Below, in pieces: positions 39,506-50,370 of a stretch of DNA of 64,000 nucleotides; positions within the stretch are counted from its first letter, which is position 1, and every line of letters starts with the position of its first letter. The notes below the pieces were generated by a model. It saw only the letters and a list, made by a program, of their open reading frames with translations. It did no database searches and was not told where the DNA came from. The position numbers were made by a program, and so were the translations under genes. The stretch comes from Flavobacterium sp. (GTDB taxonomy: Bacteria; Bacteroidota; Bacteroidia; Flavobacteriales; Flavobacteriaceae). The stretch is from assembly GCF_034111225.1 (NCBI RefSeq), contig NZ_JAWUXR010000014.1, positions 10,102-74,101 of the forward strand, given 5' to 3'.

Positions 39506-40666
39506 ATGAAATTCCTTAAAAAATTCTTCAAGTGGTTTGCTATACTTTTGGTTTCCATTATTGTTTTAATGTACATTTTTGATATTGATTACTTACTTCG
39601 TGCTGTAAAAACAATTTATTTCAAAGGATATACAACTGCTTTTTTAGAAGATTACAAAGACTTCCCAAATAGAGAAATAAAAAAAGGAACAGCTCAACCT
39701 TGGACAATTGCAAAAGATTATAACAGAATAGATGTGACACCAGTTTTAGAAAAAACGCATGCTGCATTACAAACAGCTGCTTTTTTGATTATTCAAAACG
39801 ATAGTATTTTTCACGAGAGTTATTTTGATGGTTATTCTAAAGATTCAAAGTCTAACTCTTTTTCAATGGCAAAAAGTGTTATTACAATGGCGCTTGGTAA
39901 AGCCATTATGGAGGGGAAAATTAAAAGTTTAGATCAAAAAGTAATTGATTTTATTCCTGAATTAAAAGGCGAATTTGCAAAAGAAGTTACTGTTGGCGAT
40001 TTATCATCCATGGCTTCAGGTTTGAATTGGGATGAAAAATATTACAGTCCGTTATCTATAGTTACGCGTGCTTATTTTGATGATGATTTAAAAAAAGTTA
40101 TGCTAGGTTTAGAAATCAATGAAAAACCTGGAGAATCGTTCAAATATTTAAGTGGTGCCACACAATTGCTTGCCATGTGTATTGAAAAAGCAACGGGCGA
40201 ATATGTTTCAGATTATGTGTCTAAAAACTTTTGGCAACCAATGGGCGCAGAAAACGAAGCACTTTGGCAATTAGACCACGAAGAAGATGGAATTGAAAAA
40301 GCCTATTGTTGTATTGCAAGTAATGCTCGTGATTTTGCTCGTTTTGGAAAACTATATTTAAATAATGGAAGCTGGAACGGACAACAAATTCTTGATTCAA
40401 CCTTTATTAAAAAATGCATTACACAACGTTTTCCTGAAAGCCCACAATATGGTTACGGTTGGTGGTTGCATAACATAAACGGGAAACAATTATTTTATAT
40501 GCGTGGACATTTAGGGCAGTTTGTTATTGTAATTCCTCAAGATAATTTAATAATTGTACGATTAGGGCATTTAAAGGGATTACAAACGAAAACAGACCCA
40601 CATAGTAATGATTTATATGTTTATGTTGAAGAAGCGTATAAAATGTTAGAAAAAAGAAATAAATAA
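39506..40666 (+). CDS. serine hydrolase, beta-lactamase class C-like
   Basis: N-terminal anchor, SMAK (SxxK), FKYLSG, YGYGWW. Confidence 0.88.
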   Translation: MKFLKKFFKWFAILLVSIIVLMYIFDIDYLLRAVKTIYFKGYTTAFLEDYKDFPNREIKKGTAQPWTIAKDYNRIDVTPVLEKTHAALQTAAFLIIQNDSIFHESYFDGYSKDSKSNSFSMAKSVITMALGKAIMEGKIKSLDQKVIDFIPELKGEFAKEVTVGDLSSMASGLNWDEKYYSPLSIVTRAYFDDDLKKVMLGLEINEKPGESFKYLSGATQLLAMCIEKATGEYVSDYVSKNFWQPMGAENEALWQLDHEEDGIEKAYCCIASNARDFARFGKLYLNNGSWNGQQILDSTFIKKCITQRFPESPQYGYGWWLHNINGKQLFYMRGHLGQFVIVIPQDNLIIVRLGHLKGLQTKTDPHSNDLYVYVEEAYKMLEKRNK

Positions 40667-40686
40667 CAACTCACTATTAATAAACC

Positions 40687-41400
40687 ATGATCGAAAAAAT
40701 TAATCTTAACAATATTCTATTTTTAGATATTGAAACGGTTCCTCAATATGATTCTTATTTAGGAATGGATGAAGAAACCAAAAAACTTTGGGAAAATAAA
40801 ACACAATACCAACGCCGCGACGAAGTAACTGTCGAAGATTTTTATGAACGTGCAGGTATTTGGGCAGAGTTTGGAAAAATTATTACCATTTCGGTTGGTT
40901 ATTTTACCAACAAAGCGGATGTTAGAAACTTTAGAGTTACTAGTTTTTGGGGAGAAGAAAAGAAAATTCTGCAAGATTTTTCTAATTTATTGAACGAACA
41001 TTATAATGGTGCACAACATGTTTTATGCGGTCATAATGCAAAAGAATTTGACATTCCTTTTATTGCACGTAGAATGATAATCAATTCAGTAGCATTACCA
41101 GATAAGTTGAATTTATTTGGCAAAAAACCTTGGGAAGTACCACATTTAGATACTTTAGAATTGTGGAAATTTGGCGATTATAAACATTTTACTTCACTAA
41201 AATTACTGACTAAAATTTTAGGCGTACCTTCTCCAAAAGACGATATCGATGGGAGTGAAGTAGCACGTGTTTTCTATATTGAAAACGATATTGATAGAAT
41301 TATTACCTATTGCGAAAAAGACGTTATTGCGGTTGCACAAGTATTTCTTAGATTTAGAAGAGAAGAGCTTTTAATTGAGGATGAAATAATTCACGTATAA
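40687..41400 (+). CDS. PolB-like 3'-5' exonuclease (DnaQ superfamily)
   Basis: ExoI DIET, ExoII GHNAKEFD, ExoIII YCEKD. Confidence 0.9.
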   Translation: MIEKINLNNILFLDIETVPQYDSYLGMDEETKKLWENKTQYQRRDEVTVEDFYERAGIWAEFGKIITISVGYFTNKADVRNFRVTSFWGEEKKILQDFSNLLNEHYNGAQHVLCGHNAKEFDIPFIARRMIINSVALPDKLNLFGKKPWEVPHLDTLELWKFGDYKHFTSLKLLTKILGVPSPKDDIDGSEVARVFYIENDIDRIITYCEKDVIAVAQVFLRFRREELLIEDEIIHV

Positions 41401-41434
41401 AAAAACTGCCAACATATTTATGTTGGCAGTTTTT
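41401..41434. terminator. bidirectional terminator
   Basis: AAAAACTGCCAACATA-TT-TATGTTGGCAGTTTTT. Confidence 0.9.
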
Positions 41435-41454
41435 ATTTTAAGAATAAAAGTTAT

Positions 41455-44406
41455 TTATTTTTTTACCACAATTTTATGAGTGCTTTCTAAGTCACCATTT
41501 TTAACTGATAATAAATAAATTCCATCATTTAATTTCTCAATATTTAATGTTTCAGAAGTAGTACTAGATTTTTTATCTAATACTTTTCTTCCTTGAACAT
41601 CATATAATGTATAAGTTGTTTCACCAGAAACCGCTCCATTTAAGTTAATGTTTACAATTCCTTTTGAAGGATTAGGGTATATAACTAAATTAGATAAAGC
41701 ATTTGATGGAGAACTCAAAGATTGTTGAATATTACAAAATGATAAGGTAACTGCATTAATTGCACCACCATCACCATTATACGCATCGACAACTCTTAAT
41801 ATCCAAGTACCATCTGCAGATAAACTGTTGAAATTACTTAAATTTTCGAAAGGCTTAACTATTCCAGTTATAGAAGGTACACCTGCTCCACAAGTAAAAG
41901 CAACCCCAGCATCATCAAGAGTACAAGCAATATCATCATTATCACCACATGGTTCACTAAATAAGATAACAATAGGACTTCCTATAGCTGCAGGCCCTTC
42001 TAGATAGTATTTCATATCTTGAATGTAAGTATGAGAAATGTTAAGTGTAACATTAAGATCACCTATTAACAAGCCTCCAGTCACATTAATGGGCACTGTT
42101 GCAATACTGTTTGCAGTTGTACCTATAGTTGCATTTGAAAAATCTGTAGCAGTAAATGCACTTCCACATGTTAATTTCCCAGTTTCAAAGTTTTGAACTG
42201 TTGCGTTTCCAGGAATTCCATTTCCACATCTATTTGATGGGACTACTCTCCAATAATATTTAGTTTCTTCACTTAAACCAGAAATAGAATAACTAGTTTG
42301 AATAGTATTTATGTTCGTATAAAAAGTTGCAAATACAGGAGAAGTTGAAACCTGTAAATTATAAGATTCTACATTAATATCTGAATTCCATTTTAATGAA
42401 ACGGTTGTTGGAACAGTGTTTTGTCCATTAACAGGAGTGTTTAAAGTAGTGTTTTGGAATGTACTAGAGTATACTTTTAACCCTTTTAATCTTGTTTCAG
42501 TTTCTGTGCCATTATCTCCTTTAATACCAACACTATAATCTCCTGGTTGAACCGAAGATAAGTTCAAAACAGTCATTGTAACAGTTCCATTTACACCTAA
42601 GCTTGTAGGGCTAAAAGAAGCTGTAGCTCCTGAAGGAAGACCAACAGCAGTAAAGTTTGTAGTCATTGAACCAATTTGCTTGTAATCAAACGTATAAACT
42701 GCATTTTGATTTGTACAAACTATTAAATCATCAGATTTTGAAGTAAGAGCAAAATTAGAAGTTATCCCTGTAATTACTAGTGAAAATCTTTGAGAACCAT
42801 TAATCAATGTGCCTTTATGAGTAATTGCGACATCGTAAATTCCAGCTACAGGTACATCAATTTTAATTACTTCTACATTATCTACATTATTATCTCCAGT
42901 TCTTATAGCTAAACTGTTTGGGTTAGATTGAAGCTTCCAAGGATAATAGGTAGTGGTGCCATCTTTAGTAACTCTAATATCTAAATCGTTTACTAACGCT
43001 GGAGTCGGATCATTTGCCGGTAAGTTTCCGTTATTTATAACTCCAGGTAAATCAGTCCAAGTAATTGAAGCAATTAAAGGGTTCGTAGATCCACCAATAG
43101 CATTAACGCTCATGTTGTAAGTTTGACCTTGTACTAGTTTTTCTTCAGAAACCCAAGAAGTTAAACCATTGTTAGTTAAAGTTTCTGCTGCCTTTTTCGC
43201 ATTTAATAATCCCCAACCAAATTTAGCATCTGGACCAACATTTCCAGCATCATCTGCAGTATGGCAAGCCAAACCTTTTAAGGTAGCAGCTTTCATAAAA
43301 CTATTGGTTAAATTTTTATTGTGCTGTTGTAAAAGCAATAATGTTCCCGCTACATTAGGACTAGACATTGATGTACCCGTCATAGTTGTAGTAGCGGTAT
43401 TACTTGTACTAGTTGTAGAAGTTAAAGAAGTTCCGTTACCTGTAATGTCCGGTTTTATTCTTAAATCATCTGTAGGCCCTTGGCTGCTTGAGGTATTTAT
43501 TGTAACGCTAATCAATGTGCCGTCTGCTGCTACGTTTGCATCATTTGCATTTGCAACTATTAATGAGTTTTTAGAAGTTTTATTTCCTGTAAGTTTATCA
43601 AACCCTGTTGCTATAGGATTTGTATTGTTATTATTTCCTCCATCATTTCCAGCAGACATTACGGGTAAATAATATGGAGATAAATAAGCAATTTCATCCC
43701 AGTTTGCTGCATCATTAGTATAGGCTCCAATGTACCATGCCGGTAAAGATGTTCCATTACTAGTAATTGGCACTCCATATGAATGGTTAGAAATCAACAT
43801 TCCGCCTAGTACTTCTGAAAGTGCCTCTGATTCGTCATCTGTCCATTCAAAGGCTCTTGCTGTAGCTTGATACGCCATCCCTTTAGCACTAGCAGATGCG
43901 TCAGATGCCATTATAGTTCCTGTTACGTGAGTTGCGTGTGCAGCATATGTAGTTCCTGAAGGATCATCAACAGTTGTAACTCTATTAGAAAATAAATTAT
44001 GTGTTCTTCTAACTGTTCCTCCATCCCAAACTCTTGCCACCATCCCTTGTCCATTTAGATTTAATCCTAAATTTCCTCCTGTGTTTAAGTGGTTTGCTCT
44101 TGTCGATTTTGCTGCATTAGCATTAGTAGTTGAATAATACACCGGAAAACCATCTGGCGTTAATTTCATAAGCTCTTGATAAGAACCGTCAGCACCTTTA
44201 ATAGTTAGTGGCCAACCATTTTTTGTTGCAGCCTCAATTGCTTTCTTTTTTTCAATTTTTTCCAATACTTTAAATTTTTCAATTTTTTCTTGGATTTTTT
44301 CTACATCATATTGCTTCACAATTTTTTCTACATCAGATTTATCTTGTCCGTATGAAAAAATTGAAAAAATAAAAAACAGGGTAAGTGTAATTTTTTTAAA
44401 TTTCAT
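41455..44406 (-). CDS. S8 subtilisin-like protease with Fn3-like and P-proprotein domains and T9SS type A CTD
   Basis: Triad VWDGG / HATHV / GTSMS; C-terminal IYPNPSKG...GIYLL...KIVVKK. Confidence 0.92.
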   Translation of the reverse strand: MKFKKITLTLFFIFSIFSYGQDKSDVEKIVKQYDVEKIQEKIEKFKVLEKIEKKKAIEAATKNGWPLTIKGADGSYQELMKLTPDGFPVYYSTTNANAAKSTRANHLNTGGNLGLNLNGQGMVARVWDGGTVRRTHNLFSNRVTTVDDPSGTTYAAHATHVTGTIMASDASASAKGMAYQATARAFEWTDDESEALSEVLGGMLISNHSYGVPITSNGTSLPAWYIGAYTNDAANWDEIAYLSPYYLPVMSAGNDGGNNNNTNPIATGFDKLTGNKTSKNSLIVANANDANVAADGTLISVTINTSSSQGPTDDLRIKPDITGNGTSLTSTTSTSNTATTTMTGTSMSSPNVAGTLLLLQQHNKNLTNSFMKAATLKGLACHTADDAGNVGPDAKFGWGLLNAKKAAETLTNNGLTSWVSEEKLVQGQTYNMSVNAIGGSTNPLIASITWTDLPGVINNGNLPANDPTPALVNDLDIRVTKDGTTTYYPWKLQSNPNSLAIRTGDNNVDNVEVIKIDVPVAGIYDVAITHKGTLINGSQRFSLVITGITSNFALTSKSDDLIVCTNQNAVYTFDYKQIGSMTTNFTAVGLPSGATASFSPTSLGVNGTVTMTVLNLSSVQPGDYSVGIKGDNGTETETRLKGLKVYSSTFQNTTLNTPVNGQNTVPTTVSLKWNSDINVESYNLQVSTSPVFATFYTNINTIQTSYSISGLSEETKYYWRVVPSNRCGNGIPGNATVQNFETGKLTCGSAFTATDFSNATIGTTANSIATVPINVTGGLLIGDLNVTLNISHTYIQDMKYYLEGPAAIGSPIVILFSEPCGDNDDIACTLDDAGVAFTCGAGVPSITGIVKPFENLSNFNSLSADGTWILRVVDAYNGDGGAINAVTLSFCNIQQSLSSPSNALSNLVIYPNPSKGIVNINLNGAVSGETTYTLYDVQGRKVLDKKSSTTSETLNIEKLNDGIYLLSVKNGDLESTHKIVVKK

Positions 44407-44555
44407 TAGTTCAGTTTGTTAAGGTTTGGCAGAAACAAAAATATTCTTTTTTTTGAAATAAAAAACATATTTTTTATTTATAAGTATTCTTAAAAAAGTG
44501 AAAGATTATTTTTTTATTAAATGGCTTAAATAGTACATTTACAAAAATTAGAATT

Positions 44556-45995
44556 ATGGTATTAAGCAGATTTTGGTTAGCAATTTTTATTTCGTCAATT
44601 GCCTTTGTGGTAATCAGTTTGTTTTCTGGCACAACATATACCATCGATTATGTATTGAATGGCGAAAGAGGTAACCCTATATTAATTTCTGAAAAATATA
44701 TAGATCAAGTTCCTGCTTTTATAAAAGATAGTATCCAACTGAAAGACGACAAAACAATGATTGTTAATCGTAATGTATCAGATCCTGATACGACGTATGT
44801 TTACAAAAATCAAACGGTGCAAATTTACAGCGGTGTTCAAAAATCTGATGGATTGTTGGCAACCTGTAAAAGCAGTTTAGTTGATATAATAATTCCGCTT
44901 ATTGCTTATTTAGCTTTCTTTTGTGGATTGATGGAATTGTTAATCATATCTGGAGTTTCCGGAAAATTAGCCAAAGTTTTGAGTCCAGTTTTTGTAAAAG
45001 TATTTCCAAGTATTCCTAAAAATCATCCTTCTATTTCCTATATGACGTTAAATTTTGCGGCAAACTTTTTAGGATTAGATTCGGCTGCAACACCTTTTGG
45101 TTTAAAAGCTATGGAAAGTTTGCAAGAGCTCAATGAAGATAAAGATAGAGCCAGTGATTCGCAAATTATGTTTATGTGTTTGCATGCTTCGGGTTTAACT
45201 TTAATTGCAACTTCAATTATTGGATATAGAGCAGCAGCTGGTTCTAGTAACCCTGCAGATGTGATGTTGCCTTGTATCATCACTTCGTTTATTGGTACAA
45301 TTGCGGCTTTTTTAATTGTTGGAATTAAACAAAAAATTAATTTCAAAAGTGCTTCATTAGCAATTGGATTAATTACATTAATTGGGGCAATTATTGGCTT
45401 GTTGATGTATGTAAATCATTTGGATATTATTGGAAAAAATTATTTTACATCTAATCTTTCGGGATTAATATTATTAGCAATAATTGGTTTTACCTTGCTT
45501 TATGCATTCAAAAAAGAAAAGTTATTTGCCGAAGCGAGTACAACCGTTTTTGATGCTTTTGTAAAAGGAGCAAATAACGGTGTAAAAACTGGTGTTACTA
45601 TTTTTCCATATGTTTTAGGAATGTTAGCTGCCATTTCATTATTTAGAAATAGTGGATTGTTTGATATTATAAGTAATAGTCTAGCGTATGTTTTTTCAAC
45701 TATTGGTGTGAATAAACAAATTATCGATTCCTTACCGGTTGCTTTATTGCGACCTTTTAGTTCTGCAGGTTCAAGAGGGTTTTTGATTGATTCGATGAAT
45801 ACTTTTGGAGCCGATTCTTTAACTGGAAGATTGAGTAGTATTTTTCAATGTAGTGCCGAAAGCACTTTTTATGTAATTGCGGTTTATTTTGGTTCTGTGA
45901 ATATAAAAAATACACGATATGCTTTAACTACGATGCTTTTAGTAGACTTAATTTGTGTAATTACTGCAATTTTTGTGGCGAGTTGGTTTTTTTAA
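44556..45995 (+). CDS. fused SpmA/SpmB nucleoside-recognition-domain membrane protein
   Basis: NFLGLDSAATPFGLKAM, LRPFSSAGS, ESTFYVIAVYFG. Confidence 0.88.
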   Translation: MVLSRFWLAIFISSIAFVVISLFSGTTYTIDYVLNGERGNPILISEKYIDQVPAFIKDSIQLKDDKTMIVNRNVSDPDTTYVYKNQTVQIYSGVQKSDGLLATCKSSLVDIIIPLIAYLAFFCGLMELLIISGVSGKLAKVLSPVFVKVFPSIPKNHPSISYMTLNFAANFLGLDSAATPFGLKAMESLQELNEDKDRASDSQIMFMCLHASGLTLIATSIIGYRAAAGSSNPADVMLPCIITSFIGTIAAFLIVGIKQKINFKSASLAIGLITLIGAIIGLLMYVNHLDIIGKNYFTSNLSGLILLAIIGFTLLYAFKKEKLFAEASTTVFDAFVKGANNGVKTGVTIFPYVLGMLAAISLFRNSGLFDIISNSLAYVFSTIGVNKQIIDSLPVALLRPFSSAGSRGFLIDSMNTFGADSLTGRLSSIFQCSAESTFYVIAVYFGSVNIKNTRYALTTMLLVDLICVITAIFVASWFF

Positions 45996-46014
45996 ATTTC
46001 AAATGATTTTATAA

Positions 46015-46434
46015 ATGAAAAATAATATTTTAATACTTTCAATATTACTTGCATTTTCTTGTAATAAAATTGTTACTAAAGAGAATGATGAAATTGATTT
46101 AAAAGAAGCAAAAATTGTAACAAATGATTTTTATAATGAAATAATTTCAAAAGATACTTTATCCGTGATTAAAAACCTCGATAAAACTATTGATGAAAAA
46201 GAGTTTATTGATTTAATAGTAAGCAATTATAAAGATTTTGGTAAGATTACTGAGTTTAATATTAGCAGTGTTAATACTAAAAGTATTGAAAAGAATAATT
46301 CTACATTAATTGAATACAAAATATCAATTAATGTTAAATACGAAAATAAAAATTGTATTGAATATTTAATGTTTACAAATGAGAATAATGAAAAGCCACT
46401 TTTAAACAAATATTTGATAAACCCTGTAAATTAA
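46015..46434 (+). CDS. hypothetical lipoprotein
   Basis: Lipobox AFSC; 139 aa. Confidence 0.6.
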   Translation: MKNNILILSILLAFSCNKIVTKENDEIDLKEAKIVTNDFYNEIISKDTLSVIKNLDKTIDEKEFIDLIVSNYKDFGKITEFNISSVNTKSIEKNNSTLIEYKISINVKYENKNCIEYLMFTNENNEKPLLNKYLINPVN

Positions 46435-46637
46435 TGAGTTTTTATGAAGAATTAATTGCAACATTTTTTCAAGAAGTTTTATATAAGGCTATAAAATTCA
46501 TTGGCACAGTTATAAAATGGATTTTTTATTTAGGCAAGAGACCAATTAGCCAAATTAGAAAAGAAAATTGGAATACAAGAGTTGGTTTCGCAGTCTTTAT
46601 TTTGCTAATTCTTTTTATAGTGTATTTGATAAACTAG
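46434..46637 (+). CDS. hypothetical small membrane protein
   Basis: 67 aa; start overlaps the previous stop; C-terminal TM helix. Confidence 0.5.
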   Translation: MSFYEELIATFFQEVLYKAIKFIGTVIKWIFYLGKRPISQIRKENWNTRVGFAVFILLILFIVYLIN

Positions 46638-46691
46638 AATTTCACAAATACTTCAATTATCCTTAACTTTACGTTTTTAAAAACAACACAC

Positions 46692-48296
46692 ATGGATTTT
46701 ATATACCAAGACCCGTATCCCATTTTAAAAGACGATACACAATACAAAAAAATTTCATCTGAATTTGTAAAAGTTAAAAAGCTAGGCGACAGAGAAATTT
46801 TGACTATTGACCCAAAAGGATTAGAGTTATTATCAGAAGTTGCAATGAGCGATGTTTCGTTTATGTTACGTACTAAGCATTTAAAAAGTTTAGCCAATAT
46901 TTTAGATGACCCTGAAGCGACGGATAACGATCGTTTTGTGGCGTATAATTTGTTGCAAAATGCTTCCGTAGCTATTGAAGGAGAATTGCCTTCTTGTCAA
47001 GATACCGGAACGGCTATTGTAATGGCTAAAAAAGGAGAAAACGTATTTACAGGTGTTAATGATGCAGAATGGCTTTCTAGAGGGATTTTCAATACCTACG
47101 AAAAGAAAAACCTTCGTTATTCTCAAATTGTGCCAATCAGCATGTTTGAAGAAAAGAATTCGGGTTCAAACTTACCTGCACAAATAGATATTTATGCTAA
47201 AAAAGGAAGTTCTTATGAGTTTTTATTTTTAGCAAAAGGAGGAGGTTCTGCTAATAAAACATTCTTATATCAAAAAACAAAATCATTATTGAATGAGAAA
47301 GGAATGGAAGAGTTTGTTCGTGAAAAAATCAAAGATTTAGGAACATCAGCTTGTCCGCCTTATCATTTAGCTTTGGTAATTGGAGGAACTTCTGCTGAAG
47401 CTAATTTAGCAACAGTTAAAAAAGCATCTGCTGGTTATTTTGACGAATTACCAACTTCAGGAAATATGGCTGGTCAGGCTTTTCGTGATTTAGAATGGGA
47501 AAAAAGAGTACAAGAAATTTGCCAAGAAAGTGCAATTGGAGCACAATTTGGTGGAAAATATTTTACACATGATGTTCGTGTAATTCGTTTGCCACGACAT
47601 GCTGCTTCTTGTCCGGTTGGTCTAGGAGTTTCTTGTTCTGCCGATAGAAACATTAAAGGTAAAATTACCAAAGATGGAATTTTTGTAGAGCAATTAGAAA
47701 CAAATCCTGCTCAATTTTTACCAGAAGTTGCGCCACATTTAGCTCCAGCTGTAGAAATTGATTTGAACAGACCAATGGCTGAAATTTTAGCGGAATTGAC
47801 TAAGTATCCAATTAAAACACGTTTAAAATTAAGCGGAACTGTAATTGTAGCTCGTGATATTGCACATGCAAAAATTAAAGAACTGTTAGATGCCGGTAAA
47901 CCAATGCCAGAATATTTTAAAAACCACCCAGTATATTATGCTGGACCTGCTAAAACACCAGAAGGAATGGCTTCAGGAAGTTTCGGACCAACAACTGCTG
48001 GGAGAATGGACCCTTATGTAGATGAGTTCCAAGCTGCAGGTGGAAGTATGATTATGTTGGCAAAAGGAAACCGTTCGCAACAAGTTACAGATGCTTGTGC
48101 ACAACACGGCGGTTTTTATTTAGGTTCCATTGGAGGACCGGCTGCGATTTTAGCAAAAGATAATATTCTTAAAGTTGAGGTTGTAGATTTTGAAGAATTA
48201 GGAATGGAAGCTGTTCGTAAGATTACAGTTAAAGATTTCCCAGCTTTTATCATTACCGATGATAAAGGAAATGATTTCTTTGCGAATTTGAAGTAA
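46692..48296 (+). CDS. class I (Fe-S) fumarate hydratase
   Basis: [40 protein letters not shown]. Confidence 0.96.
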   Translation: MDFIYQDPYPILKDDTQYKKISSEFVKVKKLGDREILTIDPKGLELLSEVAMSDVSFMLRTKHLKSLANILDDPEATDNDRFVAYNLLQNASVAIEGELPSCQDTGTAIVMAKKGENVFTGVNDAEWLSRGIFNTYEKKNLRYSQIVPISMFEEKNSGSNLPAQIDIYAKKGSSYEFLFLAKGGGSANKTFLYQKTKSLLNEKGMEEFVREKIKDLGTSACPPYHLALVIGGTSAEANLATVKKASAGYFDELPTSGNMAGQAFRDLEWEKRVQEICQESAIGAQFGGKYFTHDVRVIRLPRHAASCPVGLGVSCSADRNIKGKITKDGIFVEQLETNPAQFLPEVAPHLAPAVEIDLNRPMAEILAELTKYPIKTRLKLSGTVIVARDIAHAKIKELLDAGKPMPEYFKNHPVYYAGPAKTPEGMASGSFGPTTAGRMDPYVDEFQAAGGSMIMLAKGNRSQQVTDACAQHGGFYLGSIGGPAAILAKDNILKVEVVDFEELGMEAVRKITVKDFPAFIITDDKGNDFFANLK

Positions 48297-48330
48297 TTTT
48301 TAATAAAAATAGAGAAAAGAAAATTATGAA

Positions 48331-48360
48331 AAACTGTTAGCGAAAGCTAGTAGTTTTTTT
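48331..48360 (+). terminator. terminator after the fumarase gene
   Basis: AAACTGTTAGC-GAAA-GCTAGTAGTTT (GNRA loop) followed by a T tract. Confidence 0.8.
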
Positions 48361-48460
48361 GTTTTAATAAAACACCTTCTTATCAAACGTTCAAAAAATA
48401 AGTTATTGAAAAAAATTTTTTTTAAAAAAAATATTTAACTTATCTGCTTTTATTTAAATT

Positions 48461-49885
48461 TTAAGAAATATTTATTGTTGCAATTGCCCATTGAGATTGG
48501 TTTGTGTCAATATATTTAACTAATACAAAAAACTTTGTTCCATTTGAATTAAAAAACCCAAAATAACCATAAGATGATCTAAAAGAAACTTCACCGTTTG
48601 AATTAATGGTCCTGTGTTTTGGAATTTCAATTTCGCTTAAATTTAAAAGTTGAGTGTTGAAAATTCTAATTTTATTACTACGTACAAAAGCATAATAATC
48701 TGGGTTATATGTAAAAAGAGCACAGATTCTATTTGAAACAGAATTAATATCCATAATATCTATAACCTTATTATCATCTCCTACTAATTCCTCAAAACTA
48801 GATAAATAAACTAAGTCATTATTTTGAATTACGGAACTACTAAAAACATTTTTACTATTTGCAAATATTTTATTTCCATTTTCAGAAAACCAAAAATTTT
48901 TACCAAAATCATAATTTCCATGATAATATGAGTCATAAAGATATTGTGCTGTACCATTTGTTATATCATATTTATAAATATCAGATGGTATTACTTCATT
49001 AGTTGTATAAATATAATTTCCTGAAGGGTGAAGTTTAGCTTTTACATGGTTAGGGTAATTAGGTGCTGAATTAGTTTGACTAAGTGTTTCTTGTCCATTT
49101 GATAAATTCACACTTCTCAATTTTTGATTTGAAACATTAGAGGTGATGTATACCCAATTATTAGGCGCAAGAACAATATCAAAAATATCCGTTGATACAG
49201 GGTAATTGTTTTCAAGGGTCATTGAATTTAAATTTACATAGCTGAAACTACCATTATGTCCAACAACGGCATGGTTCCCTCCTTGACCAATAGAAACACA
49301 TTTAGGTATATTATTTAATGATAATGATTCTTCTGTGTTATTAGTTATATTAAATCTTCTAATTTGATTTGGGTTTTCCGAAACAATAATCAATACATCA
49401 TTTACTCTATCATACTCTGCATCTAAAACATTACCTTCAATAAACCATTTATCTTCTGTGTAATTATTTATTTGAATAATTTGAGAATATGATTGCCCCA
49501 TATTATTATTTACTTTTGTTGTCAAATTATAGATTTGTGTGATCATATTTGACCTATCTAAAGTTAAAGTAACTTCGATTGAAGCCCCAGGCTGTAAAGT
49601 TCCTGAATTTGGACTTGCAGATATAAAAGTACTTGGGTTTGTTTCAGCCCAATTCCAATCAAATGAAGTATTGCCTAAGTTTTTTATTAAAAACGAATTT
49701 GTGTTCTCAAGGTAATCAAATGTTATATTGTTTTTAGAAACTGACATAACTGTAGTTACCTGATCAGCAGGATTGTTGTTTTCCGGATTGTTTATATCCT
49801 CATCTTTACTACAGCTTAAAAGAAGAATAGTAAAAATAAGTAAACAAAAATGAATTATTTGGCTATTTTTATTCTTTTCCATCAT
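48461..49885 (-). CDS. surface lipoprotein with BACON/Ig-like domain and beta-propeller-like region
   Basis: Lipobox LLSC followed by SKDED; ISASPNSGTLQPG Ig-like motif; repeated aromatic beta strands; -7 element at 49924-49931. Confidence 0.7.
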   Translation of the reverse strand: MMEKNKNSQIIHFCLLIFTILLLSCSKDEDINNPENNNPADQVTTVMSVSKNNITFDYLENTNSFLIKNLGNTSFDWNWAETNPSTFISASPNSGTLQPGASIEVTLTLDRSNMITQIYNLTTKVNNNMGQSYSQIIQINNYTEDKWFIEGNVLDAEYDRVNDVLIIVSENPNQIRRFNITNNTEESLSLNNIPKCVSIGQGGNHAVVGHNGSFSYVNLNSMTLENNYPVSTDIFDIVLAPNNWVYITSNVSNQKLRSVNLSNGQETLSQTNSAPNYPNHVKAKLHPSGNYIYTTNEVIPSDIYKYDITNGTAQYLYDSYYHGNYDFGKNFWFSENGNKIFANSKNVFSSSVIQNNDLVYLSSFEELVGDDNKVIDIMDINSVSNRICALFTYNPDYYAFVRSNKIRIFNTQLLNLSEIEIPKHRTINSNGEVSFRSSYGYFGFFNSNGTKFFVLVKYIDTNQSQWAIATINIS

Positions 49886-49946
49886 GATTAACCCTTATTT
49901 AATGTAAATTTTTTTATAAAATTCAAATATAAATAAAATTCTACAT

Positions 49947-50294
49947 TTTTTACTAGAAGTTGTAACGCAATTAGCACCAGCTGTAGAAATTGTTTTGAAC
50001 AGACTAATGGCTGAGGCTTTAGCGGAATTGACAAAATATCCAATTTAAAAACGTTTAAAATTAAGTGGAACAGTTATCATGATTCGTTATATTGCTTGTG
50101 CAAAACACGGTGGTTTCTATTTAGGTTCAATAGGAGGGCCGGCTGCCATTTTAGCAAAAGACAATATCTTAAAAGTAGAGGTTGTAGATTTTGAAGAATT
50201 AGGAATGGCAGCGATTCGTAAAATTACAGTTAAAGACTTTCCAGCGTTTATTATTACCGATGATAAAGGGAATGATTTTTTTGCGAATTTGTAA
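49947..50294 (+). pseudogene. second, decayed copy of the fumarase 3' end
   Basis: Aligns to 47715-47861 and 48093-48296; TAA at 50046; in-frame 231-bp deletion. Confidence 0.92.
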
Positions 50295-50315
50295 TGAATA
50301 AACACATATAATTAA

Positions 50316-50348
50316 AAAAGGCTGCCTAGATAACTAGAGCAGCCTTTT
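50316..50348. terminator. bidirectional terminator
   Basis: AAAAGGCTGC-CTAG-ATAA-CTAG-A-GCAGCCTTTT. Confidence 0.85.
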
Positions 50349-50370
50349 CATTTACTTAACTAAAGTAAAC

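Noticed and set aside
43169-43672. 167-aa ORF antisense to the S8 protease
   Set aside because: Shadow ORF arising from codon bias; no motif or promoter support
50079-50294. 71-aa ORF as an independent enzyme
   Set aside because: It is a fragment of the duplicated fumarase 3' end; annotated as a pseudogene
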